DNA from: a virus
IMG/VR virus record: IMGVR_UViG_3300025840_000011
Reading direction: 5' to 3' (one strand)
DNA: 64,000 nucleotides
Position 1 is the stretch's first letter. Every line of letters starts with the position of its first letter. The notes beneath the pieces were generated by a model. The model did no database searches, was not told the origin of the DNA, and was given only the letters and a program-made list of their open reading frames with translations. The position numbers and the translations under genes were made by a program. Of this stretch, positions 19,040-28,247 are shown piece after piece.

Positions 19040-19743
19040 TGACAGACATACCTCTCCGGAACTCTGAGTTCCTAGAGATGTTGGAAAACTGTAGAAAACT
19101 GTTAACCGATGACGTAGAGGGTTTTCAAAAAAATCTTAGATATCACTGTGAGTCCGAACTTGATGACACCGAAGGTCAACGAGAGAAGTGGACCAGCGAA
19201 GATTATCTCAAGTATGTGGTTGAGGTTGAAGGTGATAAACATGAAGGGTTTCCTGATCACCTAGTTGGGTATGGTTTCAAACCACACCAACCAGATCAAA
19301 ATGTCAAGTTGTTCAAACCTGGCCACGATCCAGTGTGGACTAATGAGTTCATCACTAAACTCTACGCGCACAATACAGATCTGGTAAATTTTCTTGGTGC
19401 AAAGAACAATGCGTTGTTCTGTTACTATCCGCCAGGCGGGTACATCTCATGGCATAACAATTGGAATGCGTCTGCATACAATTTGATATGTTCTTGGTCT
19501 GAGACTGGAGATGGGTGGTTCAAGTATCTTGATCCCAAAACAAGAGAGATAGTAACCATTCCGGACGAATCTGGTTGGCAGATCAAGGCCGGATACTTTG
19601 GTGGTCAACACGAAAAGGATAGGGTGTGTTATCATGCAGCGTCTACGGACTGTTGGAGGTTAACGGTATCCTTTATCTGGAACCACATGGAGAACTCACA
19701 AAACCTTCAGGACGATCTGTTATACGAAATTAGTTCTGAATAA
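19036..19743 (+). CDS. 2OG-Fe(II) oxygenase-like (DSBH) protein
   Basis: YYPPGGYISWHNN...YHAA...RLTVSF; H-x-N replaces H-x-D. Confidence 0.6.
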   Translation: MMTDIPLRNSEFLEMLENCRKLLTDDVEGFQKNLRYHCESELDDTEGQREKWTSEDYLKYVVEVEGDKHEGFPDHLVGYGFKPHQPDQNVKLFKPGHDPVWTNEFITKLYAHNTDLVNFLGAKNNALFCYYPPGGYISWHNNWNASAYNLICSWSETGDGWFKYLDPKTREIVTIPDESGWQIKAGYFGGQHEKDRVCYHAASTDCWRLTVSFIWNHMENSQNLQDDLLYEISSE

Positions 19744-19747
19744 TCCG

Positions 19748-19810
19748 ATTTCCAGTTTCCCGTTTATATAAATAAAAACATAGTATTCATCTAGGTTGGA
19801 AACTGGGAAT
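19748..19810 (+). promoter_or_regulatory. Late promoter (19767-19774) flanked by a 13-bp inverted repeat that sequesters the RBS/start of 19809
   Basis: atttccagtttcc / ggaaactgggaat with one G-U pair. Confidence 0.7.
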
Positions 19811-20168
19811 GGCACACTACGAAGATATTATAATTGATCAGGGTGCAGACGTTGCAATCGAGTTAAATTTGGTGGAACAAGATGGTTCCAAAAAGAATTT
19901 GACTGGGTACAGCGCTGCCGCCAAATTGAAACGAAATTACAACTCTACAGATAGTGCAGACGTTATCGACTTCACATCTGTAATTGCAGATCCCGCAACT
20001 GACGGGGTTCTCATACTTTCCCTCACCAATAGTCAAACCGATGCATTGAGTTCTCGTGGTAGATATGTCTATGACGTAGAAATCTCGCATCAAGACTCCA
20101 ATTCCAACACACTTATAGAAAGAGTACTACAAGGTAAAATATCAGTTTCACCATCTGTTACAAGGTAA
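19809..20168 (+). CDS. Conserved virion protein (BppU-like Ig-type adaptor)
   Basis: IDQGAD...LTGY...GRYVYDVEI...RVLQGKI.VSPSVT pattern common in marine T4-like phages. Confidence 0.65.
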   Translation: MAHYEDIIIDQGADVAIELNLVEQDGSKKNLTGYSAAAKLKRNYNSTDSADVIDFTSVIADPATDGVLILSLTNSQTDALSSRGRYVYDVEISHQDSNSNTLIERVLQGKISVSPSVTR

Positions 20169-20175
20169 TTGATCG

Positions 20176-20559
20176 ATGGCTATAAGAATACGTACAGGAT
20201 CAAATACTGTAAACGTTGATAATGTTGCAACAAAAAATGTCACGATTGTAAAAAAGGTAACGGTTGGTAAACCTGTAAGAAAAGTTGATCCAAGGATAAT
20301 CAACATTGATGAAATCCGTGGTATTGATACTTCAGGTAAAGTAGACGGTGACTCTCTCGTATGGAACGCAACTGAAGGACTTTGGAAACCTCAAAGGGTC
20401 GAATCCGCCGAGGAGGGCGCATTAACTCTCGACGAGTTGTCGGATGTAGATACATCCTCAAAAGTCAATGGAAGTGTGTTAATATACAACTCGACATCTG
20501 AGAATTTTGAAGCGAGTACGTCACTGGAACAACAGACTATTAACGGAGGCCAATACTAA
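20176..20559 (+). CDS. Short fibre-associated protein
   Basis: Two I/LDE..(G/D)(I/V)DTS.KV.G..L.(W/Y)N repeats; C-terminal NGGQY. Confidence 0.6.
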   Translation: MAIRIRTGSNTVNVDNVATKNVTIVKKVTVGKPVRKVDPRIINIDEIRGIDTSGKVDGDSLVWNATEGLWKPQRVESAEEGALTLDELSDVDTSSKVNGSVLIYNSTSENFEASTSLEQQTINGGQY

Positions 20560-22571
20560 TGGCATCAATTATAAGAATAAAACGTTCTGGGACTAGTGGT
20601 AATCCCACAACGCTCGCGCAAGGCGAACTCGCGTATTCCTATTTTAATGGTGCCGGAGGGGATAGACTTTACGTAGGTACAGGGACAGAAACAAACGGAG
20701 ATGCCGCAAATCATGAAGTGATCGGTGGTAAGTATTACGTTGATCTTCTTGGTGGTACAGGTAACGCTCCTTTCGGTACACTCACTGCGAATACCGCATT
20801 AATTGCAGACTCGAATTCAAAACTAGATCACCTGATTGTAGATAATATCGACCTAAACGGTGGTGCGATCACTACCACTACGGGCGGTCTGTTAATTGCA
20901 CCAGACAACAGTAACATCAATGTTAGTGGTTCACGTATCCTTAATGTCGCAACTCCGATTGCGGATAGTGATGCGGTCAACAAATCATACGTTGATACAC
21001 AGATTGCTAATGTATCGTTTACTATTGCGGATGACGCTTCAGACTCAGATTCGTTCTCTTCTGTATCGGGTGTTCTCACGTTTGCAAGTGGGGTCGGTCT
21101 AACCAGTGTTGTAACTAATGACACGATAACCTACACCCTAGACGATACTGCGGTAACGCCTGGCAGTTACGGATCCGCAACCACAATACCAACGTTCACG
21201 GTAGACCAACAAGGCAGACTAACCGCTGCGAGTACCGTTGCGGTTGCAACAACACTTACCGTCAACAACCATGCGATTTCTATACTAGATTCAGATTTGA
21301 CTCTGGCGGCGTCCGGTAATCTGACGGTCAGTTTAGATTCTGCGTCCAACACGTTTACGTACAATCTTCCGGACGGAGGTATCTCTACCAAGGGTGCGGT
21401 CTCTCTAGATTCAGCTGACTTCGATGTTTCTTCCGGACACGTCACACTAGAAGACACCGTAGTCAAAAACATTGGTACAGACGGTAGTGACGTAGGTGTA
21501 AGTGGTCACAAGTTTGACATTGTTGGTAATAGTATTCAAGGTACGAGTACCTCTGCTTCGGGTTCTACACTAACCGTTACCGTTGCGGATGCGGACTCTA
21601 ATCAGAAGGGTGTTGCATCGTTCTTGGTGGATGACTTTACCGCAAACGGTGGAGACATATCTCTTGTTCAGTCCGTAATTAAGTCAGTACAGACGGACAC
21701 TGGTTCTATAGTACCGAATAACCATACCATCGCCATCTTTGGTGGAGAGGGTATGGATGTCACCCACAGTGGTACGATTATCACAGTTGCGGGTGAGGAT
21801 GCGAACGACTCAAATAAAGGTATTGCATCGTTCGATGCGAACGACTTTACTGTCACTGCGGGTAACGTGGTTATCGCTGCTGGTGGTGTTGACAATGCAC
21901 AACTTGCAAACGATGGAATTAATATTGGTTCCACGGATGTGAGTCTTGGTGACACGATCACCGATGTGGTTGGGTTAACTTCTCTTGTAGTAGACAACAT
22001 CAAAATCGACGGTAATACCGTTAGTACTACAGACTCTAATGGTATCATGTATCTTGACCCGAACCCGACTGGGGATTCTGGGGACGTATACATTCTTGGA
22101 AATTTAACCGTCCAAGGCACCACTACAACCATCAACTCAACAGAGTTGACCATTAATGATCTTAAGATCACACTTGCGGACTCCGCTGCAAATGCAGCTG
22201 CCGCTGACGGTGCGGGTATCGCAATTGGTGGTGCAAACGCAGAATTCACTTATGCCGCTACGGGTGATAAGTGGGTTGCAAACAAACCTCTAGATGTTAC
22301 AGGTGCACTTACTGTTGCGGGTAACGTAGAGGCAACGTCTCTCACTATTAACGGTGTCACATTTGAACAACTGGTTGATAGTGAAGTTGCAAACCTTCTG
22401 ACTGCTGGAGAAGGTATTGATTTAACATATAACGATGGTACAAATGAACTAACCATCGCAGCAGAACTCGCCACGGTAAGTAACCTTGGCGTTGCGTCAT
22501 TTGATTCGGATCAGTTTACTGTCACGTCTGGTGCGGTAACTATCTCCACGTTGGATGGCGGTACATATTAA
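20559..22571 (+). CDS. Tail fibre protein
   Basis: N-terminal IRIKRS...GELAYS; KG(V/I)ASF...DF repeats; GNLTVQGTTTTINST; C-terminal DGGTY. Confidence 0.75.
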   Translation: MASIIRIKRSGTSGNPTTLAQGELAYSYFNGAGGDRLYVGTGTETNGDAANHEVIGGKYYVDLLGGTGNAPFGTLTANTALIADSNSKLDHLIVDNIDLNGGAITTTTGGLLIAPDNSNINVSGSRILNVATPIADSDAVNKSYVDTQIANVSFTIADDASDSDSFSSVSGVLTFASGVGLTSVVTNDTITYTLDDTAVTPGSYGSATTIPTFTVDQQGRLTAASTVAVATTLTVNNHAISILDSDLTLAASGNLTVSLDSASNTFTYNLPDGGISTKGAVSLDSADFDVSSGHVTLEDTVVKNIGTDGSDVGVSGHKFDIVGNSIQGTSTSASGSTLTVTVADADSNQKGVASFLVDDFTANGGDISLVQSVIKSVQTDTGSIVPNNHTIAIFGGEGMDVTHSGTIITVAGEDANDSNKGIASFDANDFTVTAGNVVIAAGGVDNAQLANDGINIGSTDVSLGDTITDVVGLTSLVVDNIKIDGNTVSTTDSNGIMYLDPNPTGDSGDVYILGNLTVQGTTTTINSTELTINDLKITLADSAANAAAADGAGIAIGGANAEFTYAATGDKWVANKPLDVTGALTVAGNVEATSLTINGVTFEQLVDSEVANLLTAGEGIDLTYNDGTNELTIAAELATVSNLGVASFDSDQFTVTSGAVTISTLDGGTY

Positions 22572-22601
22572 AATCCCTTTATAGGGTCTAAAGGATGACA
22601 A

Positions 22602-23957
22602 ATGTCAAATACTACGTTCCGGCTTAAAAGGAGTGCCGTAGCGGGTAAAATACCAACTGTAGGTCAGCTTGCGCTGGGTGAAGTTGCGATTAACACATAC
22701 GATGGTAAACTGTACATCAAGAAAGATGTCAATGGAACAGAGTCCATTGTAACAGTAAATCCATCCGCAACTACTACCGCCCTAACCGAATTTTACTATG
22801 AAGCAGCTGATTCTGGACAGACGGCTTTTACTGGCGCGGATGAAAATGGGTTAACCTTAACGGTTACCCCCGCTCTAATAGATTTGTATCTCAACGGTGT
22901 TCTACTTGATCCTAATGTAGACTACGCCGTTGATAGTGACAGAACCACAGTCACGTTGACAGCGGGAGCGGATTCTGGTGATAAGGTCCAGATCGTTAGT
23001 ATTACGAATGACATCCAGATCCAAGAATACAACTATACTGCGACTGCTCTCCAAACAACATTTACTGGTTCTGACAACAATACAAGAACTCTTAATTATG
23101 CGGCAGGATATCTTCAGGTCTATAACAACGGTGTCTTACTTGACCCCAACATAGACTACACTGCCTCGAATGGTACAAGTGTTGTTTTGACAACAGGAGC
23201 GACTGTAGGTGACTACCTTCAGATTTTCGCATTCCCTCAGTTCAATACTTCATCAAGTACCTTTAACGAATATTTCTTCGAACCGACTGAAGGTCAGACG
23301 GTTCTTAGTGGTGTAGACACAGAAGGTAACACACTACAATATAACGCCGGTTCTATCAAGGTGTTTAACAACGGTGTGTTGATGAATCCGGATACGGATT
23401 ACACTGCAATAAACGGAACTTCGGTGACGTTTACTGTAGGACTTTCGGGTACAGATGAAGTACAGATAAACTCTTACCCGACACCAGACGCAAGACCGTC
23501 TTACGAGGATGTAAAGGTTGATGCGGGTATTTACATTGGGGGAACAACAGACGCCTACCTGATGGAAGAATACAAGACCGGAAGTTTCACTCCGGTTATT
23601 GCGGGTTCTACATCGGCAGGAACAGGAACATACGCTACGCAAGTTGGACGATATAACCGAATAGGGGATACCGTCAACTTTACATTACAACTTGTGTGGA
23701 GTGGACATAATGGTACAGGAGACATCAAGGTTACGGGACTACCCTATACCTCAGAGGACTCTTCGGGACAACATTATGTATTTTCGGCGGCAACTGATGG
23801 GGGACTATCATATACAGACGGGGACACATTGGTTGCACGATTACAGGCAAATTCAAGTGAAATAACATTGGAGACAGAGGACGGCGCTGGTAACAACAGT
23901 GGAGTAACGATGGATTCAAGTGGTCGGGTTAATATCACCGGCCTGTATTTCATTTAA
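22602..23957 (+). CDS. Tail fibre-associated protein with three VxxNGVL..DY repeat domains
   Basis: N-terminal RLKRS...GEVAINTYDGKLY; three QT.FTG.D...NGVL.DP..DY.A modules; C-terminal GRY.RIGD.V domain. Confidence 0.7.
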   Translation: MSNTTFRLKRSAVAGKIPTVGQLALGEVAINTYDGKLYIKKDVNGTESIVTVNPSATTTALTEFYYEAADSGQTAFTGADENGLTLTVTPALIDLYLNGVLLDPNVDYAVDSDRTTVTLTAGADSGDKVQIVSITNDIQIQEYNYTATALQTTFTGSDNNTRTLNYAAGYLQVYNNGVLLDPNIDYTASNGTSVVLTTGATVGDYLQIFAFPQFNTSSSTFNEYFFEPTEGQTVLSGVDTEGNTLQYNAGSIKVFNNGVLMNPDTDYTAINGTSVTFTVGLSGTDEVQINSYPTPDARPSYEDVKVDAGIYIGGTTDAYLMEEYKTGSFTPVIAGSTSAGTGTYATQVGRYNRIGDTVNFTLQLVWSGHNGTGDIKVTGLPYTSEDSSGQHYVFSAATDGGLSYTDGDTLVARLQANSSEITLETEDGAGNNSGVTMDSSGRVNITGLYFI

Positions 23958-23958
23958 G

Positions 23959-23966
23959 TATAAATA
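23959..23966 (+). promoter_or_regulatory. Late promoter TATAAATA
   Basis: Exact consensus upstream of 24018. Confidence 0.8.
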
Positions 23967-24017
23967 GAAGAGAATGTTGGATATGACCAACACGAAATGA
24001 GTTAAAGGGAACGACTA

Positions 24018-27000
24018 ATGGCACAATCAAAAGCGAGATATTTGTCAAGTCTTCTGACAACATCTGGTTTTGTAAAAGACGATAGGTCGCAACTGGCGGG
24101 TTCGGATGGTACGATTGATGTAATCAATCTACCCACAATACCCAATAGTTCGCTAGAGAACTCTACTACGACCATCAACGGAACGTCCATATCATTGGGG
24201 GACTCCAATTCCTTTACAACAGATGCGTTTTCAGAGGGTAACAATAATCTATACTACACGTCAGTAAGAACAGATTCGGATGCGAAGAATGCGATATCGG
24301 GTGGAACTGGTATCACATACAACGCTTCGACTGGTATTATTGAAGTTACGGCTACAGGGGTTACCGCTGGGACTTACGGTAGTGCAACACTCGTTCCCGT
24401 TGTCACTGTCGATTCTCAGGGTCAAGTTACCTCTATCACAACCGCTACTGCCGCGACCCTAGACTCATTTGGATATAATCCGACTAACGCAAAACTTACA
24501 ATTACTGCAAGTGATACGACTACGTATGAAGCAGACGTTACTCTTGCACCTTTTAGTACTGCGGATCTTCAAGAAACCACAAACCTGTACTACACACAAT
24601 CTCGTGTAGACAGTGCTTTCGATGCAAGACTCGCCCAGAAAAATACCGGCGACATTTCGGAAGGTAGTAATCTTTACTACACAACGAATCGTTTTGATAG
24701 TGACTTCTCTGATAAGTCAACCACAAATCTGTCCGAAGGGACCAATCTGTATTATACGGACGCTCGGTTCGATAGTGCATTTGGAACTAAAACAACGACG
24801 AACGTTGCGGAAGGAACTAACCTTTATTATACAGACACTAGGTTTGATACAAGACTCGCTACAAAAACGACTTCGGATATCTCTGAGGGAACCAACCTGT
24901 ACTACACAAACGGTAGGTTCGACTCAGACTTTGGACTGAAGACAACCAACTCTTTATCTGAAGGTAATACCAACCTATACTTCACGGACACCCGTGCACG
25001 TAACGCAATTGGTGCACAACAGAATGGTGGAGATGGAACGTTCTCCTATGACTCCGCCTCCGGTAGATTTACCTTTATTGGTCCTTCTGCAACAGAGGTT
25101 CGTGCACACCTTGTACAGGGTACGGGATTAACGTATGACTCCGCTTCGGGTGTATACTCTATTACTGCGAGTGGTGTAACTAGTGGTACGTATGGTGGTG
25201 ACTCTTCTGTTGTTCAACTTTCGATCAACGCACAGGGTCAGATAGACAGTGCGAAGGCCATTACACTCAACACCAGTAACATGACAGAAGGGACAAATCT
25301 CTTCTACACGGATACTAGGGCCCGTAACGCACTCAACGTTGGTGGTGATCTGACATACGACTCAAGTACAGGACAACTTACTTTCACAGAAAGAACAGAC
25401 GCAGAAGTAAGAAATCTTCTGTCAGTATCAGGTGACTTAACGTATGACAGTGCAACCGGACAATTCTCTTTCACAGAAAGAACGGACGCAGAAGTCCGTG
25501 GTCTTATCTCTGCAAGTGGTGGTGTAAACTACAATAGTTCTACTGGTAACATCTCTATCGATTCTTCGGAAACTAGAGCATTGTTCTCTGGTGGTACTGG
25601 AGTCACAATCACAAACGGTTCTGTCGCAATCGGACAGGCTGTTGCAACAACAAGTGACGTAACGTTCGCCAAGATCACAGGTGACTCTGCATCTATTGGA
25701 CAGATTAACTTCAAGACTAACTGGGCAGACAGTCACATTGGATTCGCTGAAGGTGCAATGTGGTATGATCCACATCACAAGAATCTAAATTTCTACACAG
25801 ACGTAGACGTAGCAATTGAACTTGGTCAACAGGTCATGGAACGAGTGTACAATGACACTGGTTCTACGATCTCAAAGGGTAAACCCCTCTACTACAGTGG
25901 TAACAGAACAGCAGATGATGGTAGGGAATGTCCTACCGTTGCACTTGCAAATGCAACAGATGACTCCAAGTATAACGTACAAGGTCTCGCTGCAGAAGAC
26001 ATTGCGGATGGTACGTATGGTATGATCTGCGTTGCGGGTGTACTGAATGACTTCGACACCTCGCATCTAACCGCTGGTCAAAACTTCTTTGCGGGTCTGA
26101 CAGATGGTGCAACTCAGAATGCATCTCCCACATACCCGAACTATCCAATGTGTTTGGGTTGGGTTATTGAATCCTCTGTCACAAACGGTAAGGTTATTAT
26201 AAACCAACAGAACCACTCTGTCAATAGTTTCCGTGTAAGAACTTCTGCACACATTGGTGATGACCTACAGGTCGATGGTAACCTCACAGTATTGGGTACT
26301 CAGACTATTGCGTCTTCGGAGAACGTCTCTATCGGTGCGGCGTTTAACTACCTCAACGCTGGTGACACAATCGGTGAGACCAACACCGCCTTTACGGGTA
26401 GTGGTCTGGACGATGCGTACTTTGCAGGACACTTCTCTGGAACTGCATCTACAAACTTCTATGTGAAGATTGGTACAACAGGGACACCCGATCAGTTTGA
26501 ATGGGGTTATGATTCCGCATCACCTCAGGCAACCGGAATCAATATCACGGGTGGTGATCAGTTACTTGACGCCGGTATCTCTATCAACTTTGGTGCGACA
26601 ACTGGTCACACCACAGGTGATAAGTGGACTGGTACTGCCGCTCCTACAGACGTAGACACTGGTTTCTTCTCTAACAGAAACACGGGTGGTACGGGTGTTG
26701 GATATACCCACGTGGGTATGTTCTACGATGTGTCCGCAAGTAGATGGAGACTGGTTGACGAATACTATCCAGAACCTTCTGGTTCAATCGATATCACGGA
26801 CTCTTCTTTCTCCGCCGGTATCCTTGTAGTTGACACATTAGAAGGTAATGTGACAGGTAATGTGACAGGTACGGTGTCAGGTAACGCTGGGTCTGCAACC
26901 ATTCTACAGAACTCACGTAACTTCTCTATTACGGGAGACGTGACTGCGAGTGCGGTTTCGTTTAACGGAAGTGGTAACGTAACCCTCACTGCAACTATTG

Positions 27001-27470
27001 ACAGTGATGGTATCAACCACCTGAAGACCGACGATCTTCCTGAAGGGTCAACCAATCTGTACTACACAGACACAAGGGCCCGTAACGCTCTGAACGTTGG
27101 TGGTGACTTAACTTACGATTCTGCAAGTGGACAATTAACATTCACTCAGAGAACAGACGCTCAAGTTCGTGGACTGATCAGCGCGGGTGGTGACCTAAGT
27201 TACAACTCTGGTACTGGTGTGATGAGTTTCACTGAACGTACCGATGCAGAAGTAAGAGGGTTGGTAAGTGCAGGTGGAGACTTATCCTATAACTCTGGGA
27301 CGGGTGTGTTCTCATTCAGTGAGACATACTCTACCGCAAACGAACTCTTGACTGCAATCAAAACTGTGGATGGTGCAACATCCGGCCTAGATGCAGACTT
27401 ACTTGATGGTCAACACGGTTCTTACTACAGGATCAACGTGTATAATTCTAGTGGAACTTTGTTGAACTAA
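24018..27470 (+). CDS. Long tail fibre-like protein with EGTNLYYT repeats
   Basis: About 10 T..(L/I/V)xEGxNLY(Y/F)T repeats; GDLTYDS.TG..TFTERTDAEVR repeats; SGLDADLLDG near the C-terminus. Confidence 0.75.
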   Translation: MAQSKARYLSSLLTTSGFVKDDRSQLAGSDGTIDVINLPTIPNSSLENSTTTINGTSISLGDSNSFTTDAFSEGNNNLYYTSVRTDSDAKNAISGGTGITYNASTGIIEVTATGVTAGTYGSATLVPVVTVDSQGQVTSITTATAATLDSFGYNPTNAKLTITASDTTTYEADVTLAPFSTADLQETTNLYYTQSRVDSAFDARLAQKNTGDISEGSNLYYTTNRFDSDFSDKSTTNLSEGTNLYYTDARFDSAFGTKTTTNVAEGTNLYYTDTRFDTRLATKTTSDISEGTNLYYTNGRFDSDFGLKTTNSLSEGNTNLYFTDTRARNAIGAQQNGGDGTFSYDSASGRFTFIGPSATEVRAHLVQGTGLTYDSASGVYSITASGVTSGTYGGDSSVVQLSINAQGQIDSAKAITLNTSNMTEGTNLFYTDTRARNALNVGGDLTYDSSTGQLTFTERTDAEVRNLLSVSGDLTYDSATGQFSFTERTDAEVRGLISASGGVNYNSSTGNISIDSSETRALFSGGTGVTITNGSVAIGQAVATTSDVTFAKITGDSASIGQINFKTNWADSHIGFAEGAMWYDPHHKNLNFYTDVDVAIELGQQVMERVYNDTGSTISKGKPLYYSGNRTADDGRECPTVALANATDDSKYNVQGLAAEDIADGTYGMICVAGVLNDFDTSHLTAGQNFFAGLTDGATQNASPTYPNYPMCLGWVIESSVTNGKVIINQQNHSVNSFRVRTSAHIGDDLQVDGNLTVLGTQTIASSENVSIGAAFNYLNAGDTIGETNTAFTGSGLDDAYFAGHFSGTASTNFYVKIGTTGTPDQFEWGYDSASPQATGINITGGDQLLDAGISINFGATTGHTTGDKWTGTAAPTDVDTGFFSNRNTGGTGVGYTHVGMFYDVSASRWRLVDEYYPEPSGSIDITDSSFSAGILVVDTLEGNVTGNVTGTVSGNAGSATILQNSRNFSITGDVTASAVSFNGSGNVTLTATIDSDGINHLKTDDLPEGSTNLYYTDTRARNALNVGGDLTYDSASGQLTFTQRTDAQVRGLISAGGDLSYNSGTGVMSFTERTDAEVRGLVSAGGDLSYNSGTGVFSFSETYSTANELLTAIKTVDGATSGLDADLLDGQHGSYYRINVYNSSGTLLN

Positions 27471-27481
27471 AGGAATAACAA

Positions 27482-28243
27482 ATGGCGACACCAAATACTA
27501 GAGACGAGTTTATAGATTATTGTTTACGTGCACTTGGACATCCGGTCATCGAAATCAATATAGATGACGAACAACTGGATGACAGGGTTGATGAGTCTTT
27601 GCAATGGTTTCGGGAACATCATCCGGATGGGTCTCGCCGTTTCTACGTGTCTCATCAATTGTCACAGACGGACATCAATAATGGATATCTGGATCTGGGG
27701 AATACAGACATTAACACTGTGGTCCGTATGTTCCCTGTTAATACTGTGTCACAAACAACCAACTTCTTCGACATCAAATATCAGATGATGTTGAACGATA
27801 TCACCGATCTAAATAATTATGCCGGTGATATTGCGTACTACGAAATGTTGCAACAACACCTGTCTCTACTTGATATGAAACTAACGGGTATGCCCGAAGT
27901 GACATTTTCAAAACAAGAGAACCGACTCTACTTCTATATGAGTAGCGAGAAGGTGAGTGTGGGTGACTATGTTGTTATTGAGGTTTACGGTATTCGAACT
28001 CCGTCTTCTGGTAGTTCGGACTACTTGTCTCTGTGGAACCACAAGTTCCTAAAAGAATACACAACTGCAATCATCAAAAAACAGTGGGGACAGAATTTAT
28101 TGAAATTTGAAGGGATGCAACTTCCTGGCGGTGTCACCATATCTGGGCGACAAATCTACGAGGATGCACAAACTGACATCGAAAGAATCTTAACTAAGTT
28201 TAGGGAAGAGGAAGATGTTGGACCTATGTTCTTTATAGGATAA
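27482..28243 (+). CDS. gp13: Neck protein gp13
   Basis: YCLRALGHPVIEINI, KKQWGQNL.KF.GMQLPGG. Confidence 0.9.
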   Translation: MATPNTRDEFIDYCLRALGHPVIEINIDDEQLDDRVDESLQWFREHHPDGSRRFYVSHQLSQTDINNGYLDLGNTDINTVVRMFPVNTVSQTTNFFDIKYQMMLNDITDLNNYAGDIAYYEMLQQHLSLLDMKLTGMPEVTFSKQENRLYFYMSSEKVSVGDYVVIEVYGIRTPSSGSSDYLSLWNHKFLKEYTTAIIKKQWGQNLLKFEGMQLPGGVTISGRQIYEDAQTDIERILTKFREEEDVGPMFFIG

Positions 28244-28247
28244 CAGT

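Noticed and set aside
21668-22474. Long antisense ORFs opposite fibre, sheath and capsid genes
   Set aside because: These are shadow ORFs from codon bias, with no RBS, promoter or recognisable motifs.
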